A DNA stretch of 32,000 nt from Polynucleobacter sp. JS-Mosq-20-D10 (GTDB lineage: Bacteria; Pseudomonadota; Gammaproteobacteria; Burkholderiales; Burkholderiaceae): contig NZ_CP061305.1 in assembly GCF_018687755.1 (NCBI RefSeq), positions 2,019,788 to 2,051,787 of the forward strand, given 5' to 3'. This document shows positions 1 to 8,902 of this stretch, in pieces. The position numbers and the translations under genes are program-made. The notes beneath the pieces are model-generated. The model was not told the DNA's origin. It searched no databases and saw nothing but the letters and a program-made list of their open reading frames with translations. Position 1 is the stretch's first letter, and every line of letters starts with the position of its first letter.

Positions 1-272
1 CCGCCTGCACTAGTAGCATCAGGGGCGGAGCAATCTCCTTTTTCATGAACATGAAACCCTTGTTCAGCATTTGGCTTTAATCCAGAAAAATTTCCGGTGA
101 CCAAAACATCATGCCCTTGCCATACAAAATTTACTGTACCTTTTGCATTTGAGCCTGAGCGCGACTCTAGGCTGGCGGACGCTTTTTGACCGGCGCCCTG
201 CTCCATTGACTGGCAGGCTACCAGCAACAAAACCGATGCAGCGCCGACTGATAGGGAAATCTTTTTAATCAT
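1..272 (-). CDS. sodC: Cu/Zn superoxide dismutase, N-terminal part (3' end runs off the window)
   Basis: Absent from the ORF track because it is open at the window edge. Reverse translation from ATG (272-270) gives MIKKISLSVGAASVLLLVACQ (lipobox), then GFHVHEKGDCSAPDATSAGG, the copper-ligand region typical of periplasmic SodC. Confidence 0.7.
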   Translation of the reverse strand, partial: MIKKISLSVGAASVLLLVACQSMEQGAGQKASASLESRSGSNAKGTVNFVWQGHDVLVTGNFSGLKPNAEQGFHVHEKGDCSAPDATSAG

Positions 273-420
273 TTTTTGCCTCTTTTTGTTTATGTCAAAT
301 CAGAATAGAGCTTGTGCTGATACTCTTCAACCAAAACAAAAACCTTACTACAAGTAGTCTTATTGACTTACCCAACCAGAAGACATGAATTCACATGAAA
401 AAACCACCCGCGGATGGTTA

Positions 421-469
421 TTCTTGGCGGTCAAGAGCAAAGTAGGCTAGCGCCCACGATGCCTGAGCC
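421..469 (-). repeat. tRNA-3'-end-like element (TLE), degenerate copy
   Basis: ttcttggcgg...acgatgcctgagcc matches the head and tail of the consensus. Lies just 3' of gene 482-877. Confidence 0.45.
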
Positions 470-481
470 TATAAAATATTG

Positions 482-877
482 TTACATCTTGATAATGCGC
501 CAAGCACCTTCTGAGCGACCATCACCAGTCTTATCGCCCGGCTTGACATCTTTGACATAGAAATACAAAGGCATGCCGTTAAACGTTAACTGCTTTTTGC
601 CATCATCGCGGGTAATTACTGAATAATCACCAGACACAGCCGGACCACCTTCTGCCAATAGTGGCGGCCAATTGCTTGCGCACATACCATTACAAACTGA
701 CTTACCTGAACCAACGACATCCTTACTATAGGTGTACAAGGTCATACCATTGTTTCCAGCCAATACGCCATCGTTAGCTTTAGTAAATGGTGCTAATGCC
801 ACTCCGGTCATTGATGCACAGGCAGCCAAAATAGCCGCAGCCACCAAAGCCATTAATATACTTTTTATGCGATTCAT
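482..877 (-). CDS. Lipoprotein with Yx(FWY)xxD repeats (secreted repeat family)
   Basis: Track ORF 482..883 starts at GTG. The ATG at 877 follows an AGGGG RBS. Lipobox LAAC. Motifs LYTYSKD...C.G.CA..WPP and LYFYVKD. Confidence 0.7.
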   Translation of the reverse strand: MNRIKSILMALVAAAILAACASMTGVALAPFTKANDGVLAGNNGMTLYTYSKDVVGSGKSVCNGMCASNWPPLLAEGGPAVSGDYSVITRDDGKKQLTFNGMPLYFYVKDVKPGDKTGDGRSEGAWRIIKM

Positions 878-990
878 ATTCACCCCTTTTTGATTGATTT
901 AATACTTTAACCCTTATTGAGATCTATCGCCTTACTAAGCATTGGCCACCAATTGCATCAATAAAAACTGCGAGAAAAAGACTTTTGTAT

Positions 991-1023
991 TTCTTAGTAG
1001 CCCGAGCCTAGATCGACCTGGGC
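991..1023 (-). repeat. TLE, degenerate copy
   Basis: ttcttagtagcccgagcctagatcgacctgggc versus consensus ttcttggtggcccggggcggaatcgaccagggc. Lies 3' of the CBS gene. Confidence 0.5.
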
Positions 1024-1046
1024 TTTAAATTTATTTACAACAAAGA

Positions 1047-1484
1047 CTAAGCTCCGTGACCATGAATGTAAGTTTCTAGAAACTTAATCTGACTACCTTG
1101 ATGTTCAATAATGCTTTTTACTAAATCTCCAACAGAAATCACTCCAACCACTTGAGCTTCCTCTAGAACGGGTAAGTGTCTGATGTGCTTATGAACCATT
1201 ATTGCCATACACTCATCTAATGAGTTAGATAGCGTTACGGTAAGTGGTTTTGCTGTCATTATTTTTGAAACGGCCACTTGTTTTGGATTATTGTTCGGCA
1301 ATAACACTTTTATAGCGCAATCCCCCTGTGACACGATCCCCGCCAAAACACCGTCATCGATAACTAAAATGGCTCTTACTCGATGCTCGCGCATCAGCAT
1401 CAAGACATCTTCTACGGTATCAGATGATCGTACAGAAAAAATGGCTTTCGCTTTTTGCTCAATAACTTGCTTTACTGTTGTCAT
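1047..1484 (-). CDS. CBS-domain pair protein
   Basis: 145 aa with an ATG start and two CBS-like repeats (RAILVIDDGVLAGIVSQGD; HLPVLEEAQVVGVISVGD). Confidence 0.8.
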   Translation of the reverse strand: MTTVKQVIEQKAKAIFSVRSSDTVEDVLMLMREHRVRAILVIDDGVLAGIVSQGDCAIKVLLPNNNPKQVAVSKIMTAKPLTVTLSNSLDECMAIMVHKHIRHLPVLEEAQVVGVISVGDLVKSIIEHQGSQIKFLETYIHGHGA

Positions 1485-1606
1485 AAAAATCTACCTATTA
1501 AATTGAAATTTGAGTGTAGCTGCTGTTGCTTAATCATTTTTTATTTAAGTAAAATAATTATATTCTGAGAAGCCATTCCATCTAAAATAGGATTATCAAG
1601 TTGGGC

Positions 1607-1635
1607 AAAATAAAATAGCCCAACAAGTGGGCTAT
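1607..1635 (-). terminator. Rho-independent terminator following a TLE
   Basis: Stem atagccca/tgggctat, loop acaag. A-run on the plus strand gives a U-run on the minus strand. Confidence 0.6.
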
Positions 1636-1640
1636 TTTGA

Positions 1641-1688
1641 TTCTTGTTGGCTTAGGGTGGAATCGACCAAGAATAAGTGTGTCGAATC
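1641..1688 (-). repeat. TLE copy
   Basis: ttcttgttggcttagggtggaatcgaccaagaataagtgtgtcgaatc. Lies 3' of the FAH gene. Confidence 0.65.
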
Positions 1689-1705
1689 TTTTTATGCCAC
1701 CAATC

Positions 1706-2731
1706 TCAAGCCACGATAAATTTAAGATTGCCCAACTTCTCAATACGCGTTTCAAGTTTATCGCCTGGTTTAAGCCATACCTGTTTTTCTTTAGGGTACC
1801 CTGTAATAACACCCTCAGGCGTGCCGGTAAAAATAATATCGCCCGGCTCTAAGGTAAAAATTTTGGAGGCATAGCTCACAATCTGGGCACAATTAAAAAC
1901 CATGTCGTTAGTATTAGACGACTGACGAACCTCACCATTAACGTATTGCTCTATCTTCAGTTGATTTGGATTTCCAACTAAATCTGATGTCAAAATATAT
2001 GGCCCTATTGGGGCGAATCCATCATTGGTTTTACCAATCATCCACTGACTACTACGTTGCTGTAAATCACGCGCTGTAAAGTCTTGTCCTGTAGCATAGC
2101 CAAATACATATAACAAAGCATCAGCCTCACTAACGTTATATGCACGCTTACCCATCACAATAACCAACTCTGCTTCGTAATCAAACTTTTCTGCGTTGAC
2201 TAATGATGCCTTTACAACGCCGTTATGGCTATTAAGTGTGTTATTGAATTTATTGAATAAAATTGGTAACGTTGGAATGGGATTATTAGTTTCTTTAGCA
2301 TGCTTTGCGTAGTTCAATCCCACGCAGATGATTTTCTCGGGATTGGTAATAGCGGGCGCATATTCGATTTTAGATTCGTCCAAAAACAAATTTTGGCCGC
2401 CCTTGCTCAACGCCAGGCCCACCAGCTTACCTAGACCTTGATCACCATTCTGAATCAAATCATCAGTATTAATTGGCGCCTTAACCTTAAACTGTTTTGC
2501 CGCTTTAGCAACATCTAAAATTCCTTTATCTGTCTTTACGCCTAGAACATATTTATTGTCCACTTTGTAATTTAGAACAGTCATGTTCTTTGCCATGTCA
2601 GGATTGGCAATTCTGATAGCGCCTGCACCAGGTCCAGCTGCCTCAGCCTGATTTGCAATAAAGGGCGTGGTTAGCGCAGCGCCACCGGCTATGGCAGATG
2701 CCTTTAGGAATTCACGTCTTTGGTTGCTCAT
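1706..2731 (-). CDS. Fumarylacetoacetate hydrolase (FAH) family protein with Tat signal
   Basis: SNQRREFLKASAIAGGAAL twin-arginine leader. FDYEAELVIVMGKRA and GDIIFTGTPEGV are typical of the FAH family. GGAGA RBS. Confidence 0.8.
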   Translation of the reverse strand: MSNQRREFLKASAIAGGAALTTPFIANQAEAAGPGAGAIRIANPDMAKNMTVLNYKVDNKYVLGVKTDKGILDVAKAAKQFKVKAPINTDDLIQNGDQGLGKLVGLALSKGGQNLFLDESKIEYAPAITNPEKIICVGLNYAKHAKETNNPIPTLPILFNKFNNTLNSHNGVVKASLVNAEKFDYEAELVIVMGKRAYNVSEADALLYVFGYATGQDFTARDLQQRSSQWMIGKTNDGFAPIGPYILTSDLVGNPNQLKIEQYVNGEVRQSSNTNDMVFNCAQIVSYASKIFTLEPGDIIFTGTPEGVITGYPKEKQVWLKPGDKLETRIEKLGNLKFIVA

Positions 2732-2864
2732 AGTCTCTCCATATTAGATTCTTGTAATTAAAGTTTTTTACTCCGACTAGTAATCTATCATGCGGTTAAC
2801 ATCACTACACTAGGGATTACCCGTCTCTGGTCAAATATAAAACAACACAAAGGTAGTTTTATAT

Positions 2865-2914
2865 TTCATGGTGGCCCGGGGCCAAATCGACCAAGGCTTC
2901 AAGATATCTGAGTC
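2865..2914 (-). repeat. TLE copy
   Basis: ttcatggtggcccggggccaaatcgaccaaggcttcaagatatctgagtc. Abuts the stop codon at 2914-2916. Confidence 0.75.
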
Positions 2915-3504
2915 TATTGGATGTTTTTTTCTTTAATTACTTGCTTAATCATTGGAAGCATATATTGAGACCATTTTTGACAGCCTAGAACTGTCATATG
3001 CCCCCCACCGCCACCAGGAATATCAAACAACCTGTGCTCACTATCAGTTGGAATATTTTTATTCCAATGTCCGTAGTAATGAGCGCCATACTTGGTTGCC
3101 AATTCCTGAGCCTCTTCGTTGCTTTGAATCAAAATATGGGATACATAAATCGTTGGCATATTCTGTTTTTGAAGATAAGCCAAAATCTCCTCTGTAGGGC
3201 CAAGGTTAAATCTAGGATTCTTTTCGTTTGGCCCAGGCTCAAAAATCACTATCTTAGTATTGGGATTGGCCTTTAAGCCCTGCTGCAATCTAGTCATCAT
3301 AAAGGCGGGTCTATCACCATCTACCCCAGCATTAATTACAGTGGCATTAACTTTATCCTGAGCCAATAACTCATTTAGTTTTATCGTGTAGGCTTGACCA
3401 GAATTTTTACAATTTGTGTTACTTGTGCCCAAGGCAAATATCTCAAATCCGAATGAGTTAATTGAGAGCAAAGCCAGGGCCAAAGAAATGATTAGTTTTT
3501 TCAT
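2914..3504 (-). CDS. Secreted SGNH/GDSL-like hydrolase-fold protein (tentative)
   Basis: Signal peptide. GTSNT near the N-terminus, GVDGD in the middle and GGGGHMT near the C-terminus resemble SGNH blocks I, III and V. The assignment is weak. Confidence 0.5.
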   Translation of the reverse strand: MKKLIISLALALLSINSFGFEIFALGTSNTNCKNSGQAYTIKLNELLAQDKVNATVINAGVDGDRPAFMMTRLQQGLKANPNTKIVIFEPGPNEKNPRFNLGPTEEILAYLQKQNMPTIYVSHILIQSNEEAQELATKYGAHYYGHWNKNIPTDSEHRLFDIPGGGGGHMTVLGCQKWSQYMLPMIKQVIKEKNIQ

Positions 3505-3556
3505 AATCGAATACTAACAAACCTAGCTAAAAAACCGTACGAGAATGGTTTTAGTG

Positions 3557-3609
3557 TTTCTTTTTTGGCGTAAGGTGAAATCGAACCACCAACACAAGAA
3601 TTATCGACC
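3557..3609 (-). repeat. TLE copy, subfamily A (pairable T-stem)
   Basis: ggcgtaaggtgaaatcgaaccaccaacacaagaattatcgacc. The minus strand reads GGTGG TTCGATT TCACC. Contains the stop codon at 3601-3603. Confidence 0.7.
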
Positions 3610-3753
3610 TTGACATTCAATTGGAAGATCCCAAAAAGGCTTTCCTGTTCCATAGTTACAACTAACCCCAACCGGCGAACTAGAGCTAGCAAGACAACCG
3701 CCCAAGAACACAACTAACAACATTACAGTGGTCAGCTTTACCAATCGTTTCAT
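3601..3753 (-). CDS. Small lipoprotein (about 50 aa)
   Basis: Internal ATG at 3753 preceded by AAGGGA. MKRLVKLTTVMLLVVFLGGC lipobox. The longer track ORF (to 3813) lacks an RBS. Confidence 0.45.
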   Translation of the reverse strand: MKRLVKLTTVMLLVVFLGGCLASSSSPVGVSCNYGTGKPFWDLPIECQGR

Positions 3754-3863
3754 TTGAAATCCCTTATTTAAACCGTAGGTGTAAATTTTTACACCAAAAT
3801 CTAAAATCGACAAAGGGGGTGCGGATGGAGCATCCTTGTGGTGCTGGACACCACCACATGAGG

Positions 3864-3880
3864 CGTTGTTTAAAACGACG
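3864..3880. repeat. 17-bp palindrome family, near-perfect copy
   Basis: cgttgtttaaaacgacg. One T.G position in the stem. Lies 25 nt 3' of the acyltransferase stop. Confidence 0.7.
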
Positions 3881-3904
3881 TTTCATGGATTTACACCCAA
3901 ATTT

Positions 3905-5776
3905 CTATTCAGTAAATTTTTCAAAAATTTTCTCAGAGCCGGCAATTGATAAGTAGCCCTTGTTTCGATAAAGCAGACCACCCTCAATTCTTAATTGGCA
4001 CTTGTCCTGAATACAAATTTGCTGATATGTATCGAATAATTTAACGTTGGAATTTTCAGCTATCTTAATTAACTCAGTCCTTGCAATGAAGTATTGGGCG
4101 TTTATATCTTTTGCAAGCTGTATACATTCTTTATTAAGAGTCGGCCTAAATGGTGGCATACCAGTGCACTCAATGGGCTCAAAAGATAGGTGCGGCGGAG
4201 GGCTAATGAGTATTGCTTGCTTGCCATTATCTCTGAGGAATTTAATAGTTCTCTCTAACTGGACTTTTTCTAGGCTATTAATAGCCGTTTCACGAAATCC
4301 CAGAATTACCGTTTTTACGCTCTGATCGTGTGCCAATCCAATAATGAGTTGATTCATTTTATGCCCGGTCTCGAGCGAATAATTTTCTGCCTCAGTCTTT
4401 TTAAGAAATGGCTGAGTCCCTGGCCACCCCACCATGGCAAAACTCTTACCAATATTTGAATAATATCGCTCAAGCCCTGAAAAGTGATTATGAGCGATGC
4501 TATCTCCAATTAATACCGTCTCTATATTTTTGCCTACGTAAGATAATCTACAAAAAGTTGGTTGGTAACCTACGAACTCTTGTAAGCAGGCTTTATCTGA
4601 ATGTGGCGGCCTTCCTCCATGAAGATCTAAAACATATTTATGTCTAAAATCTAAGCCATCTCGAACATAAACACTCCACCCTTGATAGCCAATCGACGTC
4701 ATGAGGGCGATCAATAAAACAGCAACTTTTTTGCCCTGATAACGAAACAGTCTCTCCCAATATCTATGCGTAAGATAAGCTAGTCCGATCGCGACTAGGA
4801 TGAGCGCAATTTTATGAAAATCAGATAATTTTCCGGCCGAGATAATTTGTCCAAAGCTTAGCAAAATCCAATGCCACAAATACAATGGGTAGCTAATGAC
4901 TCCCAGCCAAACCATCACATTATTAGAAAGAAATACTCTATTTATACTTGCTTCGCTGTTCGCCGATATTAGTAGAACCGCCCCTACAGTCGGCAATAAT
5001 GCCCACCAACCCGGAAATGAATTTTTACCACTAATCCAAAAAATGGCGATGTTAATCAGTATTAGCCCGACCCAAGAAAACACATTTAAGGCGGCCTGAC
5101 TGAATTGTCTTGCTTCTTGGCTATTTCTAAGTGAAATACATGCCCAAAGTGCGCCAACTAATAACTCCCAAAAGCGACTAAGGGGTGAGTAGAAAGTGGT
5201 GATTGGATCAAATTTAATGTTATAAATATTTATAGAAAATGAAATTAATATTAAGATTAAAACTGCACCCAATAAATTAATTCGAGCCTTGTACAAGATC
5301 CAAATAATTGCTGGCCAAAGTAAATAAAATTGCTCTTCGATAGATAATGACCATAAATGAATTAATGGTTTTGTATCTACGCTTCTTTCAAAGTAGGCGA
5401 TTTCATTTAAAAGAATGAAATTTTGAAAAAAGCCGGCGCTGGCGGCTATATGCTCTCCCACCCCCTTGAATTCTGAGGCATAAAGTGCGAACCAGCCAAA
5501 TGCATAGCATGTTACGAGTATCAAAAATAATGCTGGAAATATTCGTCTGATCCGTCGGAAATAAAACTCTGCAAAGCTAAAACTATTTGACTCTAAATTT
5601 TCTAAAATAATTTTTGTGATTAAAAACCCAGAGATCACAAAAAAAATATCAACGCCTACAAAACCACCACTAACCAAGTTAGGAAATGCGTGGTAGGCAA
5701 TGGTTGAGAGCACGGCTAATGCTCTAAGCCCGTCAATATCCTTGCGATAATTTATAGAGTGGTATTTTAAATACAT
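3905..5776 (-). CDS. Acyltransferase-3 family O-acyltransferase with C-terminal SGNH domain (OafA/YrhL-like)
   Basis: 623 aa. DGLRALAVLSTIAYHAF motif, about 10 TM segments, C-terminal LIGDSIAHNH block. Confidence 0.85.
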   Translation of the reverse strand: MYLKYHSINYRKDIDGLRALAVLSTIAYHAFPNLVSGGFVGVDIFFVISGFLITKIILENLESNSFSFAEFYFRRIRRIFPALFLILVTCYAFGWFALYASEFKGVGEHIAASAGFFQNFILLNEIAYFERSVDTKPLIHLWSLSIEEQFYLLWPAIIWILYKARINLLGAVLILILISFSINIYNIKFDPITTFYSPLSRFWELLVGALWACISLRNSQEARQFSQAALNVFSWVGLILINIAIFWISGKNSFPGWWALLPTVGAVLLISANSEASINRVFLSNNVMVWLGVISYPLYLWHWILLSFGQIISAGKLSDFHKIALILVAIGLAYLTHRYWERLFRYQGKKVAVLLIALMTSIGYQGWSVYVRDGLDFRHKYVLDLHGGRPPHSDKACLQEFVGYQPTFCRLSYVGKNIETVLIGDSIAHNHFSGLERYYSNIGKSFAMVGWPGTQPFLKKTEAENYSLETGHKMNQLIIGLAHDQSVKTVILGFRETAINSLEKVQLERTIKFLRDNGKQAILISPPPHLSFEPIECTGMPPFRPTLNKECIQLAKDINAQYFIARTELIKIAENSNVKLFDTYQQICIQDKCQLRIEGGLLYRNKGYLSIAGSEKIFEKFTE

Positions 5777-5902
5777 AAAACTGTTATTAATAATCGATGT
5801 AGCTCATGAGCCTAAAATTGAATCGTTCCAATTTAACAGCATTTAACCAAATCCATATTGCTTTAAACAATATTGACAGGCACAAGGATGTCTAATTGAT
5901 TC

Positions 5903-5917
5903 ATCCTTTTAAAGGAT
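5903..5917. repeat. Palindrome family, arm-compensated variant
   Basis: atccttttaaaggat. Confidence 0.55.
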
Positions 5918-5977
5918 AGTTCTTGATGGGGGTATCTGAGATTAATAGCGTATAGCCCAACAAGTGGGCCATTGAGA

Positions 5978-6026
5978 TTCTTGGTGGCCCGGGGCAGAAT
6001 CGACTGGGACTGAGGATGTTTGACTC
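5978..6026 (-). repeat. TLE copy
   Basis: ttcttggtggcccggggcagaatcgactgggactgaggatgtttgactc. Confidence 0.8.
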
Positions 6027-6037
6027 TAGCTCAAGAC

Positions 6038-6054
6038 TATCGTTTAAAACGACA
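6038..6054. repeat. 17-bp palindrome family, one outer mismatch
   Basis: tatcgtttaaaacgaca. Confidence 0.75.
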
Positions 6055-6217
6055 TTCATATACGTTGGTAATTTGAGTCTTGATCTTGTGCTTCATATTT
6101 GATAGAGGCCTAAAACCTCTGAGCAAGCATCTCACAAATTATCAGCATCGATTTGACTCGTAGAAATTGGGCTGTTGGCTGATTAATCAATCCTAAATCG
6201 AATCTTCCAATACATCT

Positions 6218-6535
6218 CTAGTCTTGCTTTCTTAAAAAATGTGGGATTGATTCATCACAATCTTTAGCGGTAATGGACTCTACTTCTTTTATGGGGTCTG
6301 ATTTACTAGATATATCAGCACCAACCTCTTGTGCGTAACGGTCGGCTGATTCAGCAAATGCTTCTAATGAGTTATCAAATGCATACAGGTTGCCATCTTC
6401 AATAGCAACAATTTCAACTACGGTGAATTTCAGTTTTGAGGCAAGAATTGCTAAATTGAACCCCCGCTCTTCACGAACCTTACGCAAGCGCTTACCTAGC
6501 AACTTGGCGGCTTTTATTTGTTCTACGCCTGCCAT
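6218..6535 (-). CDS. Helix-turn-helix (XRE/RodZ-like) protein
   Basis: ATG at 6535 preceded by GGAGGGG. LGKRLRKVREERGFNLAILASKL is an HTH-like segment. The track start at 6553 is a GTG without an RBS. Confidence 0.55.
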   Translation of the reverse strand: MAGVEQIKAAKLLGKRLRKVREERGFNLAILASKLKFTVVEIVAIEDGNLYAFDNSLEAFAESADRYAQEVGADISSKSDPIKEVESITAKDCDESIPHFLRKQD

Positions 6536-6642
6536 TGTCCCCTCCAATGGCACGATCTTAATTATTAAAAAAGTTTTTAGATATTAGCCATTAGGTGAAC
6601 AAATGAAGATTATAGGTAGCGTCTGCAGAGATCAATTGACCC

Positions 6643-8064
6643 TTATTGATATGCTTGTGGCAACTTAATGACAAATCTAGCTCCACCCGCAACAGCATCC
6701 TCATATTGGATAAAGCCTCCATACCTAGTGACGATATGCTTACAAAGCCATAGTCCCAGACCCATACCAGTCTGCTTGGTAGTGCTCAATAACTCAAATA
6801 GTTGAGATTTGAAGTCCGCAATTACACCTGGGCCATTGTCAGAAACACTTAATTGAACCGACTTACCATCCCTAATGGCATCTATAACTATACGACGCTG
6901 GAGCGTGCCGGAATTTGCCAATGCTTGAATCGCGTTATTGAGCAAATTTAATATCACTTGTTCAATTTCTGCCGAATTAACCTGAATAAGTAAACCATTA
7001 TCAACTTGAAGCTGAATTTGGATATTTTTAGACTTGAGTTCCGGCTTAACAATATCTAGAACTTTTTCTATCAAATCACCCAACAGAACTTTTTGAGTAT
7101 TCGATTCACCTTCTGTAAATATTGACCTCAGTGACTTAACAATCGTAGCGGCTCTCTTGTTATCTTGCTCTAGGGAGTCTAAGATTTCTTTACCCAGCTC
7201 CGGATTAAGAACCCCCTTTTCTAGCTTCATTTTCAGAAACTGAATGTTGAGATTAGATGCGCCAAGAGGCTGGTTGAGTTCGTGGGCAATCGATGCAGAT
7301 AAGGCGCCAGTTGCCGCGGTTTTATTCGCTTTCATCAGGCCGTAGATGAGTCGCTCTTTTTCTTTTAAGAGCTCAGTAATTTTTTCATGTTCGCCAGCGA
7401 CTTGAATATTTTCAATGCTGAGCTTTTCTAGCCAATAACCAAGAACTGCTACATAAGATAGGATGGAGATGCCAAGCCACGCCCATCTAATTGACGCACT
7501 AACTACACCTTCTTGATATAAGTTAGGAGTAGAGAACCCACCATCAATATACAAAGCTACAAACCTAGCAACGGTAAGGGCTATCTCGATAGCGATGGTG
7601 TAAACCAAAAACCGGAGTTGAGTCGAGCCAATTCCTTTGAGACGCATTAACTCCTTTAGCTCCCAAACAAAACAGAGGGCTCCTATTATGCTGACCAAAC
7701 CAACCCTTTGTATAAATAATCCCCTTTGTCTTAAGTACTCAAATAAAACAGCGAAAAACAACAAGCCCGCAAGAACAAGCATGTTCACATTTTTTGGGAT
7801 CAAAATACTAAGAGAGCGACAAAATAATCCAAAGTAAATAAAGCTTGCAATAAAACATGTGTTTGCTAATGTAAGCAAGAATAAAGATATTGTTGACGCT
7901 AATGCGAAGAGCGTAAAGGAAGTAGCAGTAAGCGTGAGGGCGGTTAGCCAGAGTTTTTTGGACTGGTTAGTTTTGCCCGACATTAATATGAACCTTGAGC
8001 CGTAAAGTAATCCCCATAGGATCAGAGCAAAAACAAGGAAGAATATTTCGTTTGCGTATTTCAT
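6643..8064 (-). CDS. Sensor histidine kinase with multi-pass membrane N-terminus (no cognate response regulator nearby)
   Basis: H-box SASIAHELNQPL, N-box LLNNAIQA, G1 DNGPGV, G2 GMGLGL. About 6 TM helices in the first 210 aa. Confidence 0.85.
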   Translation of the reverse strand: MKYANEIFFLVFALILWGLLYGSRFILMSGKTNQSKKLWLTALTLTATSFTLFALASTISLFLLTLANTCFIASFIYFGLFCRSLSILIPKNVNMLVLAGLLFFAVLFEYLRQRGLFIQRVGLVSIIGALCFVWELKELMRLKGIGSTQLRFLVYTIAIEIALTVARFVALYIDGGFSTPNLYQEGVVSASIRWAWLGISILSYVAVLGYWLEKLSIENIQVAGEHEKITELLKEKERLIYGLMKANKTAATGALSASIAHELNQPLGASNLNIQFLKMKLEKGVLNPELGKEILDSLEQDNKRAATIVKSLRSIFTEGESNTQKVLLGDLIEKVLDIVKPELKSKNIQIQLQVDNGLLIQVNSAEIEQVILNLLNNAIQALANSGTLQRRIVIDAIRDGKSVQLSVSDNGPGVIADFKSQLFELLSTTKQTGMGLGLWLCKHIVTRYGGFIQYEDAVAGGARFVIKLPQAYQ

Positions 8065-8405
8065 TAATTTGAATATTACTACTTAGAACTAAATGCGATG
8101 GTATATCGTTTTAAATAATATAACCAACGCAGGGATATCTAATGGATTTGACCTTTTAAAAGACAGTGCTTGATAGGCATATCCAAGATTGATGGCGTCC
8201 AACCCTGTCAAGCCTCAAAAGAAAATAGGCCATTAAGAGCGCTACCGAACGGTGAATGCTCCCTTGAGGGAATAATATCTGCGTGTCAGTACCGGTTAAA
8301 TTTACCTAATCAAATTTTTATTCCTATGGAGATATTCGTAATTCATGGTTGAACCAGATAAAGGCAATAAAAATAGGGGCAAAAACTACAGGGCATGGTG
8401 TTGGT

Positions 8406-8831
8406 ATGAAAACTATAGATATTTCAGATTTTAATCTTCGCAGTCCAGTACAAAGTTTGAACTTAAAGCCGTCTTCCATTTACGCCAAAGGCAAACTGCT
8501 GACGGCAAGCGCCGAAAAAACACTTGAGGCGGAACAATTTATAGCGGCTCATCAGGCTCTTATTGCTGATTTGAAGAATCAAATAAAAGAGTCAACTGAC
8601 CATACAAACGCAGCCCTATCTGCACTCTTCAAGAATCACAATAAGATTGTTGATTCATGCCAAGAACAAATAATATTAAGTTCAAGCTTAATAAATTGCT
8701 ATTTCAAAGTTAATAGATGCTCAAAAAGCCCCTCAACAGAAATAGCCTTAATTTTAAATAATTTGGTATTAAAAAGTATCTCAGTATTTAACGGCTATAA
8801 GGAGTATTTAAAAAAATACTTAGTTAGCTGA
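8406..8831 (+). CDS. Hypothetical protein (coding status uncertain)
   Basis: The only plus-strand ORF in the left 12 kb. The track start at 8349 is TTG and the first ATG is at 8406. Weak RBS and no recognisable motif. Confidence 0.3.
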   Translation: MKTIDISDFNLRSPVQSLNLKPSSIYAKGKLLTASAEKTLEAEQFIAAHQALIADLKNQIKESTDHTNAALSALFKNHNKIVDSCQEQIILSSSLINCYFKVNRCSKSPSTEIALILNNLVLKSISVFNGYKEYLKKYLVS

Positions 8832-8858
8832 ATTTAGGGCACCTCTAGGTAAGGATAT

Positions 8859-8902
8859 CCATGGTCCGAGGTGGCAAGGACCAAAACCAAAGACGCTAAT
8901 CC
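8859..8902 (-). repeat. TLE, degenerate copy
   Basis: ccatggtccgaggtggcaaggacc...agacgctaatcc. Abuts the patatin stop codon. Confidence 0.4.

Noticed and set aside
1291-5099. Antisense or overlapping short ORFs (1291..1506, 1582..1812, 1637..1852, 1677..1874, 2952..3197, 2998..3276, 3501..3713, 4047..4325, 4408..4647, 4896..5099).
   Set aside because: Each lies opposite or inside a longer ORF with clear family motifs. They are typical shadow ORFs.
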